Below, piece by piece: positions 37,012 to 47,251 of a stretch of 64,000 nt of DNA (position 1 is the stretch's first letter; every line of letters begins with the position of its first letter). The translations under genes were made by a program, and so were the position numbers. The notes below the pieces were generated by a model. It did no database searches. It saw only the letters and a list, made by a program, of their open reading frames with translations, and had not been told where the DNA came from. This DNA is from Spirochaetia bacterium. GTDB taxonomy: Bacteria > Spirochaetota > Spirochaetia > UBA9216. The stretch spans positions 704,001 to 768,000 of the forward strand of contig OY776510.1 in the NCBI GenBank assembly GCA_963675665.1, written 5' to 3'.

Positions 37012-38046
37012 TTACTTGATTTTCTTTCTTTTCTTTCTGATAGACTTGTTGCCCCGTTTTACAGAGACAGTTTCAATATTATCATCGGTATAATCTTCTT
37101 CCGTCAATGTTCCGGCTGTTTGTCTTTTTCTGAAAAAATACAAGGCGAATCCTCCCGCCATCATTAAAGCACAAAGAATCTGCCCCGTAGAAAAATTAAG
37201 ATATGAGCTTAATAGCGCCGGTGTTTCTCCGGTGTCTCCGAATTGAAATATAAATCCCATATCCCGGTCGGGTTCCCGAAAATACTCAATGATAAACCGA
37301 ACCGCTCCGTATCCGATAAGGTAAAAGCTTATAACTGCACCATGAAATTTTTTCCTGTTCCTGATAATAAACCACAGGAAAAGCCACAATACAATTCCTT
37401 CAAAAAAAGCCTCGTACAATTGCGACGGATGCCTGGGCAGATTTATAAACCCGCTTTGCGGCAGGTTTATGCCGGCAGCATTTGCAACCTCCTGTACCCA
37501 GCCTGCGGAAACCGGAAACCTCTCGGCATTAGGAAAAACTATTCCCCACGGCCGCGTTGTGACACGCCCCCAAAGTTCGCCATTAATGAAGTTTCCGAGA
37601 CGGCCGAAGGTATAACCCAGAGGAATTCCCGCGGCGACTATATCAGCAAAAAGAAACCAGTTTTTCTTTTTAATTCGACAGAAAATTATTGTCGCTACCA
37701 CCGCACCGATTACTCCGCCGTGGTAACTCATTCCCTGAAGACCGGTAAATCTCCCGCCCCGGAACGGCCAGAAGATCATCCACGGCCTGGAAATGTAATA
37801 GTGTGTCGGATCATAAATGGTCGTGGCAAGCAGTCTGGCGCCGAGAAGCAGTCCGATTATACCCCAAAAGAAACAGTTAAGGATATCATCCTCACTGAAT
37901 CCTGTTTTTAGCCCGCGGGCCTGCTTCATCATTAAAAAATATGCTATTGAAAAAGCTATCAGATACATCAGTCCGTACCATCTGACAGGCAACCCAGGGA
38001 TTATCTCCGGCCTCAACCACTGGGGGAAATTAATATACGCAAGCAT
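37012..38046 (-). CDS. lgt: Prolipoprotein diacylglyceryl transferase
   Basis: VRWYGLMY, GMSYHGG, GRLGNFINGELWGR, HPSQLYE, EYFREPD. Confidence 0.96.
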   Translation of the reverse strand: MLAYINFPQWLRPEIIPGLPVRWYGLMYLIAFSIAYFLMMKQARGLKTGFSEDDILNCFFWGIIGLLLGARLLATTIYDPTHYYISRPWMIFWPFRGGRFTGLQGMSYHGGVIGAVVATIIFCRIKKKNWFLFADIVAAGIPLGYTFGRLGNFINGELWGRVTTRPWGIVFPNAERFPVSAGWVQEVANAAGINLPQSGFINLPRHPSQLYEAFFEGIVLWLFLWFIIRNRKKFHGAVISFYLIGYGAVRFIIEYFREPDRDMGFIFQFGDTGETPALLSSYLNFSTGQILCALMMAGGFALYFFRKRQTAGTLTEEDYTDDNIETVSVKRGNKSIRKKRKKIK

Positions 38047-38050
38047 CATT

Positions 38051-38178
38051 CCTCCTATAAAAGAGTCCCGCATGGATGCGGGTTATTACGGGAAGAAGTT
38101 TGTGAAACAAATCTGCTTTGCAGATTTGTTTTTCAAACTTCAAGATAAAATTGAACATGGATGTTCAATTTTATCATT
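38051..38178. repeat. Three-hairpin intergenic element, copy 2
   Basis: CCCGC-ATGGAT-GCGGG; GAAGTTTG...CTGC-TTT-GCAG...CAAACTTC; GATAAAATTGAAC-ATGGAT-GTTCAATTTTATC. Confidence 0.85.
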
Positions 38179-38182
38179 CCTC

Positions 38183-41143
38183 CTATTCGGTTTTCCCGGA
38201 ATTATCCAACGGGTGTTTTTCAAGCACACCCGTTTCCTGATTAAAAATAATTTTCACTGCTTTTTCCTGTTTTGTTATTTCAAGACTTCTTCCGTGGCTC
38301 TCAAATAAAACCCCCGGAAAAACATCGCCCCTAATCACAATATCACCGGGATAATGTTGTTCAAAACGTTCTTTAAGAGCAAAAACCCGCATACTGCGTT
38401 TTCCCATTATCTTCATCAGCTTGACTTTCTCCATACGAAGATTCGTCAGGTTCTTTTTTTCACCGTCTTTCTCAGCCTGTCTCATCTCGGGCTCTATCTT
38501 TACCAGGCGGGTTTTAATCTTATTAATTTCATTTTCCTCCGTCTCGATCCGGTCCGAAACAAGATAATCCTGACCAAAAGAGACTTCGGTACGGCTGCCG
38601 GAAAGCGACCCTATATTCTGGGCTTCAATCCCTTCCCGGGCCTGAATTCTGCCGCCGACAAGATAACCTTTCTCAGACAACAGTTTTAGTTTGCCGTTGC
38701 ATTTTACCTTGCATCCGAATATGGCATTCTTAACCGTGATATTACCGACAGCCAGCAGTGTGGCCCGTTCGGCAAATGCAAGCTGAATCGAGTCCTTGGC
38801 TCTCAGGATAGCTTTGCCGCCGCCCTTGATTCCCTGTGCTACGGCAATTGATTTTTCCGATGAAAGCAGGGACATCTCGGAATTCATTCCGATGGCTATA
38901 TTTCCGCCGGATATTACAAAAAACCCGTTTTTTACATTTCCTTTTACGTTAACGTCACCGCCGAATTTGATGTTTCCTGTATTAAAATCGACATCGCCCT
39001 TGATGAACAGGCTTTCCTGCACCTCAAGCCTGTTGTTTTCAAAAAGAACCCTGCCTGATTTGTCCGCGATCAAAAAAGTGTCGCCGTTTTCGTCTTTTTC
39101 TTCCCTGATATTGGCGCCTACATCAATATTCAACGGCGTAAGCTTTTTGGCAGCTATGGTTTTACCGCAGACATCCCAACCGTCTTCCGATTCACCTTCC
39201 ACTACGCGGATTTCAGCAATGATATCTCCTGCTTTTACGGATGTCATCTTGTTCTGTTTGCGGTAATTCGCTTTCCCGCTCTTGTCTATTGTAACAGCTT
39301 CACCGCCGGCAAGTTCTATCAGCCATTTCAATTTTGCCTCACCGGCATTCTTCGGAGCCTTCCCCATGGCAATCAGTGCCCCGGAAACACTTTCTCCGGA
39401 TCTCGCTTTCTCTACTGCCGATCTTACAGCATCGGCATTCAGTCCGTTTTTTATTCCGGCTTCATCGATAAGGCGGTTTGCTTCCTCCAGCGACGTCGGC
39501 GCACCCGTTCCCACAGCTGGTTCAGCCGATATTACGGCGGTCATTTTGTCATCCGAAAGTTTGATTTTAAAAGACGAGTCGGCATGCTCGCGTATCCGGA
39601 AGACCTTTTCCCCGTCTCTGTCAAAACGTTCAAGCAGACCTTTTGTCACCGATATTATTATTCCGCCTGCAATTTTTACGTTTTCCAGCGCCTTGTAAGA
39701 GTCCTGTTCTTCCGCATCAGGCTCAATACCGGCTCCGTATACGTCCGTACCCTTTTTACCTTCGTTTACCGGTAAAGACGCAATCTGCTGTTCCGCCTGC
39801 ACAAGAGCAAGTGCTGATGCTTCTTCGGGAGGATACTCAACGGCAGATTCAATTGCGGAAAGGTAATCTTCGGAGACGCCGGGTATACGCTTTTTAATTT
39901 CATCTGCAGTCGAATCGGGAAGAAATTCCAGCTCATAAATCAGCTCGCCTGCCTCTCCGCTTTCAGCTGCAGTTCCCTCGCAAAGAGGAATTACCGTATC
40001 AACTTCCGGTCCGCGGTTAAATTCAAGGATGAGCTCCTGAATCTTCTTCAGATCCATCTGTTTAAGACCGCTCGCCTTTATTGCCGCTCCTACCTGCTTC
40101 AGTACAAGAGGCTTGCCGTTTCCCCGGCCTTTATGCATTACAAGATCAGCCTTGAGTTTGTCCTCGCTGATTTTAAACTCAAAAAAGCCGTCGTCATCCA
40201 GGCTGATCACCGCTCTTTCAAGGACCTTGCCTGTCTCTATCGCCGTATTGATTATTTCATTCAGCCGAACTTCGGAAACAAGCGTTTCAACCTCACAGCC
40301 GAGCATTTTTGCCCTCTCAAAGATTTCCGCCGGATCCGGGGGGCTTGATTCGGGACCGCCCGGGTTGAATTTCAGAAGGCAGGTATTTTTATCTTTCGAA
40401 AGCTCAAGAGACCAGTCGTGGGTTCTAAACGGAAAAACCTCCGCCCAATTGCTGCCTCGGCGAAGAATTCCGGGCTCTGTAGCAATAAGAGCAGCGCCCC
40501 GGGATTCTATTCCTCTTCCGAGATAAAACTCATCCTCATCCGTTAACGGAGATACGGGCTTTCCATAAACATCCTTGCCCGGCTTGCCGGTCTGCCCCGG
40601 TTTTATATCAGCTATTTTCTCTCCCGTCTCCACCAGGCCGGCGGCAATAACATCCGGAATTATTTCAACCCGGATCCTGTTTTCACGTTTTACGTTTTCT
40701 ACAACCGTTTCAGTCTTTTCTTTCCCGAAAGGCAGCAGGCCTTTCTTTTTTACGACTTTTTCCTGTTTTATCTTTTCAATTTCTGTTTTATATATTTCCG
40801 GAGTCGGCGTATTTTCAAGAACGCGGAGTATATCATCCTTCAGTTCATCGGGAATCACAGCTTCTGCCCATTTGTACTCTTCCGGTTCCGACGGTTCGGC
40901 AGGGTCACCTTCGGCTATGGTAATATTAAGTTCTTCGGAAGACAGAAAGAGCGATTCCAGATCTTTTTCAAATTTCGATCTGTCGAACCCGTAAACAATC
41001 TGCTTTTCAGAAACGAGTTGAGTAAACGCCTGAATATCCCATTCAGATCCTTCTTCATCAGGAATAAAATGCAGGACCGCAAGCATACCTTCATCATCAG
41101 CATCAATATTGGCCCGACCTTTTATTTTCTTTTCTTCCGCCAT
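38183..41143 (-). CDS. FapA/DUF342 family protein with internally repeated N-terminal modules
   Basis: GDVDFNTGNIKFGGDVNVKGNV beta-helix; repeated xSxDKxxA and G.DVYG modules; coiled-coil C-terminus. Confidence 0.85.
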   Translation of the reverse strand: MAEEKKIKGRANIDADDEGMLAVLHFIPDEEGSEWDIQAFTQLVSEKQIVYGFDRSKFEKDLESLFLSSEELNITIAEGDPAEPSEPEEYKWAEAVIPDELKDDILRVLENTPTPEIYKTEIEKIKQEKVVKKKGLLPFGKEKTETVVENVKRENRIRVEIIPDVIAAGLVETGEKIADIKPGQTGKPGKDVYGKPVSPLTDEDEFYLGRGIESRGAALIATEPGILRRGSNWAEVFPFRTHDWSLELSKDKNTCLLKFNPGGPESSPPDPAEIFERAKMLGCEVETLVSEVRLNEIINTAIETGKVLERAVISLDDDGFFEFKISEDKLKADLVMHKGRGNGKPLVLKQVGAAIKASGLKQMDLKKIQELILEFNRGPEVDTVIPLCEGTAAESGEAGELIYELEFLPDSTADEIKKRIPGVSEDYLSAIESAVEYPPEEASALALVQAEQQIASLPVNEGKKGTDVYGAGIEPDAEEQDSYKALENVKIAGGIIISVTKGLLERFDRDGEKVFRIREHADSSFKIKLSDDKMTAVISAEPAVGTGAPTSLEEANRLIDEAGIKNGLNADAVRSAVEKARSGESVSGALIAMGKAPKNAGEAKLKWLIELAGGEAVTIDKSGKANYRKQNKMTSVKAGDIIAEIRVVEGESEDGWDVCGKTIAAKKLTPLNIDVGANIREEKDENGDTFLIADKSGRVLFENNRLEVQESLFIKGDVDFNTGNIKFGGDVNVKGNVKNGFFVISGGNIAIGMNSEMSLLSSEKSIAVAQGIKGGGKAILRAKDSIQLAFAERATLLAVGNITVKNAIFGCKVKCNGKLKLLSEKGYLVGGRIQAREGIEAQNIGSLSGSRTEVSFGQDYLVSDRIETEENEINKIKTRLVKIEPEMRQAEKDGEKKNLTNLRMEKVKLMKIMGKRSMRVFALKERFEQHYPGDIVIRGDVFPGVLFESHGRSLEITKQEKAVKIIFNQETGVLEKHPLDNSGKTE

Positions 41144-41145
41144 AA

Positions 41146-42288
41146 TTAAATTTTATAACCCTGCTCAGAAGCCTTTATGAGCTTGCTTTTCAGAAGATTA
41201 TTCTCCTTGCGTAAAACCGATATCTCATATTGCTGGCTCTTTACAGTTTCTATCAATTCTCCCTTTGTCAGAGCCCCGCTATGCAGCAGGCTTTCAAGAT
41301 CCTGCTGTTTATAGTCAAAATCAAGTTCCGCCTCCATTTCGGCATTCTGATATGTTTCCTCAAGATTCTGTATATCAAGTATGGACTGATCCTCCGAACT
41401 TTTTTGAATAATTCTGTCGGCTATCCGGTAAACAGCCATGGAGATGACAGATTCAGGTTTATATTTGATTATAGGAAGCCGGGAGTTAAGGGCAACATCC
41501 TGAAGATGATCCCTGTAGATTACCCCGAGATATTCCATATCAACCCCGAGGTACTGTTCACATGATCTTTTTATTTTTTCAGCTTTAACCGAATCCTTTG
41601 GATCCTCAATCATGTTCATCACAAGCATCGGCGAAAAAATTTCCATTTTTTTCATAAATGAAGCATGTTTGACGGAATCCAGGCTCTCAAGTTTATCGAG
41701 CAGCCCCGGAATATAAATCCTCTGCAGCCCGTCACCGTCGGCTGAAATATCATCCAGATATAAACGCGCGGGACTTTTTCCTGTAAAGCTTGTTGTTATC
41801 ATCCTGAAAACCACATTCTTCAAAAAAAGATAAGCATTAAGCGTCGCCGTTAAAGCCGGCGCGGTCACAATTATCCCTGTTGACGACAACAGAAAAAAAT
41901 CGAGGGTATTAAATGAGGTTCCGGCCCCGAGATCAACAACAACAAAATCGGCTTCAAGCGATTTAATATTGCTGATCAGGGATCGTTTCCGGGCCGAGGA
42001 AATATTGGCAAGTCCGGGAATTTCCGCATCTCCGGGAATAAATTTCATTCCGGGGTATTCCGATTCAATTATGATGTCTTTGAAATCCATATCGGTCCTG
42101 GTCAGCCATGTTCCGATTCCGGACCCGTTTTTACCGCTGCCCAGCATCATGTGAAGGTTTGAACCGCCGAGGTCCAGATCTGCCAATACTACATCTTTTC
42201 CAGCCTGAGACAGGGCTATTGAAAGGTTAACAGCAAGCAGCGATTTGCCTACGCCGCCTTTGCCGCCTGCAATTGGAATAATATGCAT
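41146..42288 (-). CDS. MinD/FlhG-like P-loop ATPase with C-terminal coiled coil
   Basis: GGKGGVGKS, DLDLGGSNLH, DLGAG. Confidence 0.85.
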   Translation of the reverse strand: MHIIPIAGGKGGVGKSLLAVNLSIALSQAGKDVVLADLDLGGSNLHMMLGSGKNGSGIGTWLTRTDMDFKDIIIESEYPGMKFIPGDAEIPGLANISSARKRSLISNIKSLEADFVVVDLGAGTSFNTLDFFLLSSTGIIVTAPALTATLNAYLFLKNVVFRMITTSFTGKSPARLYLDDISADGDGLQRIYIPGLLDKLESLDSVKHASFMKKMEIFSPMLVMNMIEDPKDSVKAEKIKRSCEQYLGVDMEYLGVIYRDHLQDVALNSRLPIIKYKPESVISMAVYRIADRIIQKSSEDQSILDIQNLEETYQNAEMEAELDFDYKQQDLESLLHSGALTKGELIETVKSQQYEISVLRKENNLLKSKLIKASEQGYKI

Positions 42289-42398
42289 TTAAACCTCCGA
42301 ACGAATGAAAGTATATCATGAAGCCCTAATCACGGAAAGACACTTCAATACTTGATGATCAACGGCAGTAATATTATTATTTATAACAGAGGTAAAAG

Positions 42399-43841
42399 AT
42401 GAAAAATAAAGAACGAATAATCTGGCTTGGAGTTACGGTTGTACTGGCTGCCGCCTTTATTTTCACAACTGCAAGCCCTATGAGGGCTTCCACTTCAGGA
42501 ACAGAAAGCGAAAGATATATCGAAAACCTTTCAGTACTGTTCGATTTCATACAGGATAACTATGTTGACGAGGTAAGCCCGCAGCAGCTCTATGAAGGCG
42601 CTGCCGTGGGTTTGTTTGAAAGTCTGAATGACCCGTATTCAGTATACCTTACCCCTGAAGACATGGAAGACTTTTCAGATACGACAACAGGCAGTTTCGG
42701 CGGAGTAGGTATGTTTATCTCAAAACAGGGGGGCGAACGACCTGAATATTCCTCCGACATGACCTTCCGTGAAAGATATTTTGATTTTGTAGAGGTCATT
42801 TCTCCCATTGAAGGAACACCGGCATACAAAGCAGGAATTTCCGCAGGCGATTTTATTTTAACAATAAACGGCGAATCAGCCGAAGGGTTTTCAAGCGACG
42901 AAGCAGCCGATATTCTGAGGGGCGTTCCGGGAACAGAGGTGAGCCTGACTATCGTCCGGCGCGGAGGAATTACAAAAACCTATACGCTGAAGAGAGCGGT
43001 GATTGAAGTTCCCACGGTAAAATACGCAATGATAGACAACGAAACGGCATATCTTAAAATAGTTAGATGGACGCCTTACACCGAGGAAAGCGTCCGGGAA
43101 GCTGCCGAGTTTTTCAAAAAAAATGAATACCAGTCGCTGATTATTGATGTGCGCGGCAATCCCGGCGGGCTTTTGTCCAGCGTTGTCGATACTGCCGACC
43201 TTTTTCTTGATAAGGGAACAATCGTCAGCACCAAAGACAGGAACATGGTCACCCTCGAAGATTTCAGGGCCTCAAGAAAGCTTTCAATACCCAAAGACAT
43301 TCCAATTATTCTCCTGACGGACAAGGGTTCGGCTTCAGCATCCGAAATTCTCGCCGGGGCGCTCAAGGACACAGGCAGGGCCTATCTCATAGGCGATACG
43401 ACCTTCGGCAAGGGTTCGGTCCAGCAAATCCGGGGATTCGGCGACAGCGGCTTCAAACTGACCATTTCACGCTACTATACACCTGATGATTACAACATCG
43501 ATAAAATAGGAATTGAACCGCATCTGAAATTAACCGAGGACGAGTTAAACGACGAAGAACTTGAAAGTCTTGCCCGGCTTGTTGAAAACAATACAATCGC
43601 CGTTTTTGTAAACGATAACCCTGTGGAACAAAAAGATCTTACAGACAGTTTTGTCGCCGAACTTAAAAACGACGGCTGTATTCTTGAAGACAGGCTGATC
43701 CGCAAACTGATCAGGGAAGAATACAACCGAAGCCTGAATGATCCTCCGGTTTATGATCTCGAATACGACAAGGTTCTGAACTATTCGCTTAACCTGTTTA
43801 AAAGTGGAAACTACGAAGCCGCGTTGAAAGCGGTTAATTAG
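42399..43841 (+). CDS. ctpA: Carboxyl-terminal processing protease (S41)
   Basis: DPYS, PDZ, DVRGNPGGLL, SASASEI, TFGKGSVQ. Confidence 0.93.
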   Translation: MKNKERIIWLGVTVVLAAAFIFTTASPMRASTSGTESERYIENLSVLFDFIQDNYVDEVSPQQLYEGAAVGLFESLNDPYSVYLTPEDMEDFSDTTTGSFGGVGMFISKQGGERPEYSSDMTFRERYFDFVEVISPIEGTPAYKAGISAGDFILTINGESAEGFSSDEAADILRGVPGTEVSLTIVRRGGITKTYTLKRAVIEVPTVKYAMIDNETAYLKIVRWTPYTEESVREAAEFFKKNEYQSLIIDVRGNPGGLLSSVVDTADLFLDKGTIVSTKDRNMVTLEDFRASRKLSIPKDIPIILLTDKGSASASEILAGALKDTGRAYLIGDTTFGKGSVQQIRGFGDSGFKLTISRYYTPDDYNIDKIGIEPHLKLTEDELNDEELESLARLVENNTIAVFVNDNPVEQKDLTDSFVAELKNDGCILEDRLIRKLIREEYNRSLNDPPVYDLEYDKVLNYSLNLFKSGNYEAALKAVN

Positions 43842-43855
43842 GTCGTACAGCTGCA

Positions 43856-44623
43856 ATGAGACAGTTTGTTTTACCGCCCGATTACGACGGTTCCGGAAGT
43901 ATCCGTATTTCCGGCGGAGACGCAAAATATATCCTCAAGGTGCTAAGGCTTAAAGAGGGCGAGGCCTTCCCGGCAGTTGACCGTACCGGAAAACGATTCA
44001 GGCTGCAGATTTCACAGACCGGCGGAGGATTCTTCACAGCTTCGGTACAACCGTCTGAAGCCGGGGCCCCGCCGGATACACAGACAGTTTTAATGCAGTG
44101 CCTTCCCAAAGGAAAAAAACTCGAACTTATTGTCAGGCAGGCCGTTGAAGCCGGCGTTTCCATGATAATCCCCGTCGAAAGCGCCCATTCTATTGCACGA
44201 ATCAACAATGAACGTGAAGGAAAGAAAACCGATCGCCTTTCCAAAATTGCCGAAGAAGCAGCCCAGCAGAGCGGCAACAGGGGAGTTCCCGAGATAACGC
44301 CTCCCGTCACAATCAGCAAACTGCCGGCCCTGCTTTCAGAAAAGGGAATAAGCGGATTAAAACTTTTTTTTCATCAGGAAAGGCTTGAAAAAGGAAGCCT
44401 TCACGGGTACCTTAAAGGCGATTGTAATTCAGTCTGCCTGCTGATTGGTCCTGAGGGAGGTTTATCAGCAGATGAAACAGATTTTCTGCTTGCATCCGGT
44501 TTTTATCCGGTTTATCTTGGAGAAAACGTCCTTAGAACTGAAACCGCGGCAATTTATGCTTTAGGTGCGGTCAATACAATTCTGATGGAGAAAAATGAGT
44601 GGAAAACAGACATCCGGGAATAA
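43856..44623 (+). CDS. rsmE: 16S rRNA m3U1498 methyltransferase
   Basis: VLRLK.GE, EAAQQS, IGPEGGLS, LGENVLRTETA. Confidence 0.94.
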   Translation: MRQFVLPPDYDGSGSIRISGGDAKYILKVLRLKEGEAFPAVDRTGKRFRLQISQTGGGFFTASVQPSEAGAPPDTQTVLMQCLPKGKKLELIVRQAVEAGVSMIIPVESAHSIARINNEREGKKTDRLSKIAEEAAQQSGNRGVPEITPPVTISKLPALLSEKGISGLKLFFHQERLEKGSLHGYLKGDCNSVCLLIGPEGGLSADETDFLLASGFYPVYLGENVLRTETAAIYALGAVNTILMEKNEWKTDIRE

Positions 44624-45351
44624 AGAGAATAAACTTTTTAAAGGTTCCTGTAGATATTCTTCCCGAAGATCAGATTGAAAACGTATTTAAAACTCTTTCT
44701 GAAGACGGAAAGAAACATCAGGTTGTTCTTATTAATTTCTTCGATCTGATGAAAGCAAGACGAAGTAAAGAATTCATGAAAACGCTCAGGGAATCAAGCC
44801 TTGTTATTCCGACCGCAGGAAGTCTTTTGCGCGGAATAAAATTCCTGAAGAAGGATCCGGCGTTCAGATACCGCCCGTTCGATTTTGTAATCAGAATCCT
44901 GGGCCTGATGGAACAGCAGCAAAAAACGCTTTATCTCATCGGCGGCAGACAGCATTCGCTTCAAACCGTATTCAACAATATGAGGATTTCATTCCCTGGA
45001 CTGAATATTGTAGGACGCTATACGGGGTATTATCCTGCCCAGGTTGAAGAAAATATACTCGTCGCAATAAAAAAAGCGTCGCCGTCTTTTCTGCTGGCCG
45101 GAGACGGACTGAAAGGCGGGGACAAATGGCTGAACAACCGCAAAGAAGCGTTTAACCCGGGAATATATCTCTACTGCAGCGAGTGTTTTGCAATCTTCAG
45201 CGGCAAGAAGAAAAAAGGCGCCAGAAAAAACTGGGAGAACGGCACGGAAATAATACCGGAAGTATTTAAAAACCCCTTAAAGATATTCAGGGTATTCATA
45301 AGGTTTTATTATGTTCTGCTTCTTCTGATTTACAGGATCTCGGGAAAATAG
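44599..45351 (+). CDS. WecB/TagA/CpsF glycosyltransferase family protein (divergent)
   Basis: LYLIGG, FPGLNIVGRYTGY, IKKASPSFLLAG. Confidence 0.75.
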   Translation: MENRHPGIKRINFLKVPVDILPEDQIENVFKTLSEDGKKHQVVLINFFDLMKARRSKEFMKTLRESSLVIPTAGSLLRGIKFLKKDPAFRYRPFDFVIRILGLMEQQQKTLYLIGGRQHSLQTVFNNMRISFPGLNIVGRYTGYYPAQVEENILVAIKKASPSFLLAGDGLKGGDKWLNNRKEAFNPGIYLYCSECFAIFSGKKKKGARKNWENGTEIIPEVFKNPLKIFRVFIRFYYVLLLLIYRISGK

Positions 45352-45365
45352 TAACTGAACATCTG

Positions 45366-45827
45366 TTAATCATAAAGTCTGAGATACTCGTAGGCTTCAC
45401 TCAATTTTGAGCTGATGTTGCGGGTTATTAATCTGCCGTAAAGCATTCTAATTACCGGGAAAAAGCTGATTGCGCCGATAAAATCGGTTATAAACCCGGG
45501 AAGTAGCAGAAGCAGCCCGCCGAACAGGGCGCCGGCCAGCTGAATCATGTCTTTTTCCGAATAAACCCCCTCGGAGACTCCCTCGCGGATTAATTTTATT
45601 CGTGAGGATATTTCATTATAACTTAAAAACAGTCCGATTATCCCTGTTATAGCTGCCACGGCAAGTGTAAAGTATACGCCCAGGAACCCGCTGATAAACT
45701 GTATTATGAAAATCTCCCCGAGAACAACCAAAGACAAGCCCAATATTACAAAGGCCGCTTTCAGGACAAATCCCGGGTCAAGAAACTTTAATAAAAACCT
45801 TGTATTCATTGACGATAACAATATCAT
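45366..45827 (-). CDS. fxsA: FxsA family membrane protein
   Basis: GGLLLLLPGFITDFIG motif; ATGA overlap with upstream gene. Confidence 0.85.
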   Translation of the reverse strand: MILLSSMNTRFLLKFLDPGFVLKAAFVILGLSLVVLGEIFIIQFISGFLGVYFTLAVAAITGIIGLFLSYNEISSRIKLIREGVSEGVYSEKDMIQLAGALFGGLLLLLPGFITDFIGAISFFPVIRMLYGRLITRNISSKLSEAYEYLRLYD

Positions 45828-46507
45828 AAATCGGGATCAATCGTCCAGCCGTGGCCGGAAGCTGTCCGGATAAGACCGTTGAATCCTCCGGTACCTGCTT
45901 CGTTACCTTTTTGAACAATGCATATAATCTTCTGTCTGAGCCTGGAAATATGCATATCAACTGCCCTGGAAGCATCCGCCGTTTCGAGGCCGAGAAGGGT
46001 GGAAATCATCGATCTGTTCATAAAACATCCGCGGTTACGCAAAAGGGCCGTAAGTATTACCGTCTCAGATCTCGACAGATCTTCCGTTTCGACAGGTTCT
46101 TCAGCCAAAAAATACACGATTTTTCTGCCGGGGGATAATACAATGACGCCTTCTCCGGCGGCAGCTGCCAGAGGTTTCCTGCACCGGACGGCCCTTGCGA
46201 AAAACTCTGCAGGTGTCCATGGTTCACAAAGATAATCTTCGCTGCCGGCAGCAAGAGTCAACGCCATGGTTTCAGCCGGGCCGTATGCAAGGACAGGGGG
46301 AAGAAGAAGCTTTGCAGGGACTTTGGATTCAAAATATTCAGGAAGACATTCCGCAGGCATTACACAGAGGTCGCTTTCCAGGTTATGATTATTTTTTTCC
46401 GCAAAAAAAAGCTGTACGTCAGGAATCCGCTTCCTGTACAGCTTTAATTTTTGTCTGGTTATACTGTCGCATCCGCAAACGGAAATACGGCATTCCGGAA
46501 AAGGCAC
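45824..46507 (-). CDS. OmpR-like winged-helix regulator with degenerate receiver
   Basis: SRAVDMHISRLRQKI, IRTASGHGW; receiver lacks the canonical Asp and Lys. Confidence 0.75.
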   Translation of the reverse strand: MPFPECRISVCGCDSITRQKLKLYRKRIPDVQLFFAEKNNHNLESDLCVMPAECLPEYFESKVPAKLLLPPVLAYGPAETMALTLAAGSEDYLCEPWTPAEFFARAVRCRKPLAAAAGEGVIVLSPGRKIVYFLAEEPVETEDLSRSETVILTALLRNRGCFMNRSMISTLLGLETADASRAVDMHISRLRQKIICIVQKGNEAGTGGFNGLIRTASGHGWTIDPDL

Positions 46508-46524
46508 GAATTCTGCCCGTTAAA

Positions 46525-47076
46525 TCAGCCCAGAAAAACCTGACCCGAATTATCTATTGCAAGAATCGTTTTGCATTCAGAACATCTGAAGCGCCCGGAT
46601 TTTGTTGCTTTCAGTTTCTTTGAACATATCGGACACTGAAAAATCTTTGGAAACACGTCCGAACTTTTTGTTCCGCCGCTGGCCCCGAAAAACTCTACCG
46701 CTTCGGTCAAATTGTCCTTGATGTTGAAAAACTGCGAAAATCCGAGAAGCTGAAATACCTCATAAACCTTCGGCTGGATTTCCAGAAGAACCAGATCGCC
46801 GCCTCTTGGTCTTACAGCTTTGAGAAAAGCTGTAAATGAACCGATACCTGTACTCGATACGTAATTCAATCCGCTGCAGTTAAAAATCAGCTTGATGAAA
46901 CCGGCTTCGATAGCCTTGGTTACTCTTTTCTGGAAAAAGTTTGAATTGTATGTATCAATGTACCCGGTTAAAAATAACACCAGGCATCCTTCTACGCCTT
47001 CAACCGCCTGTAGCTTAATTCGGAGACTGTCGTCTTTTTCCTCGTCAAATCCTGTTACTATATCGTTATTACTCAT
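46525..47076 (-). CDS. STAS anti-sigma antagonist with C-terminal zinc ribbon
   Basis: GYIDTYNS, LNYVSSTGIG, CPIC...CSEC; GAGGT RBS. Confidence 0.9.
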   Translation of the reverse strand: MSNNDIVTGFDEEKDDSLRIKLQAVEGVEGCLVLFLTGYIDTYNSNFFQKRVTKAIEAGFIKLIFNCSGLNYVSSTGIGSFTAFLKAVRPRGGDLVLLEIQPKVYEVFQLLGFSQFFNIKDNLTEAVEFFGASGGTKSSDVFPKIFQCPICSKKLKATKSGRFRCSECKTILAIDNSGQVFLG

Positions 47077-47251
47077 TGTACCTCAACCTGCTCTTAGTTT
47101 AACAGCCAAATAACAGTTTTTCAATATAGATTATAAATTAATACTATATGATCGGCCTAAATTTCAATTAAATTAATAGCATGTTCCTAAAAAAGGTCAT
47201 AATAACATATAATTCTTGACCTGAGGCATTATAAATCTTAAAATTACATTC

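Noticed and set aside
46502-46518. Sigma54-like AGGCACGAATTCTGC palindrome
   Set aside because: Best match points antisense and overlaps the predicted start codon; more simply a short hairpin
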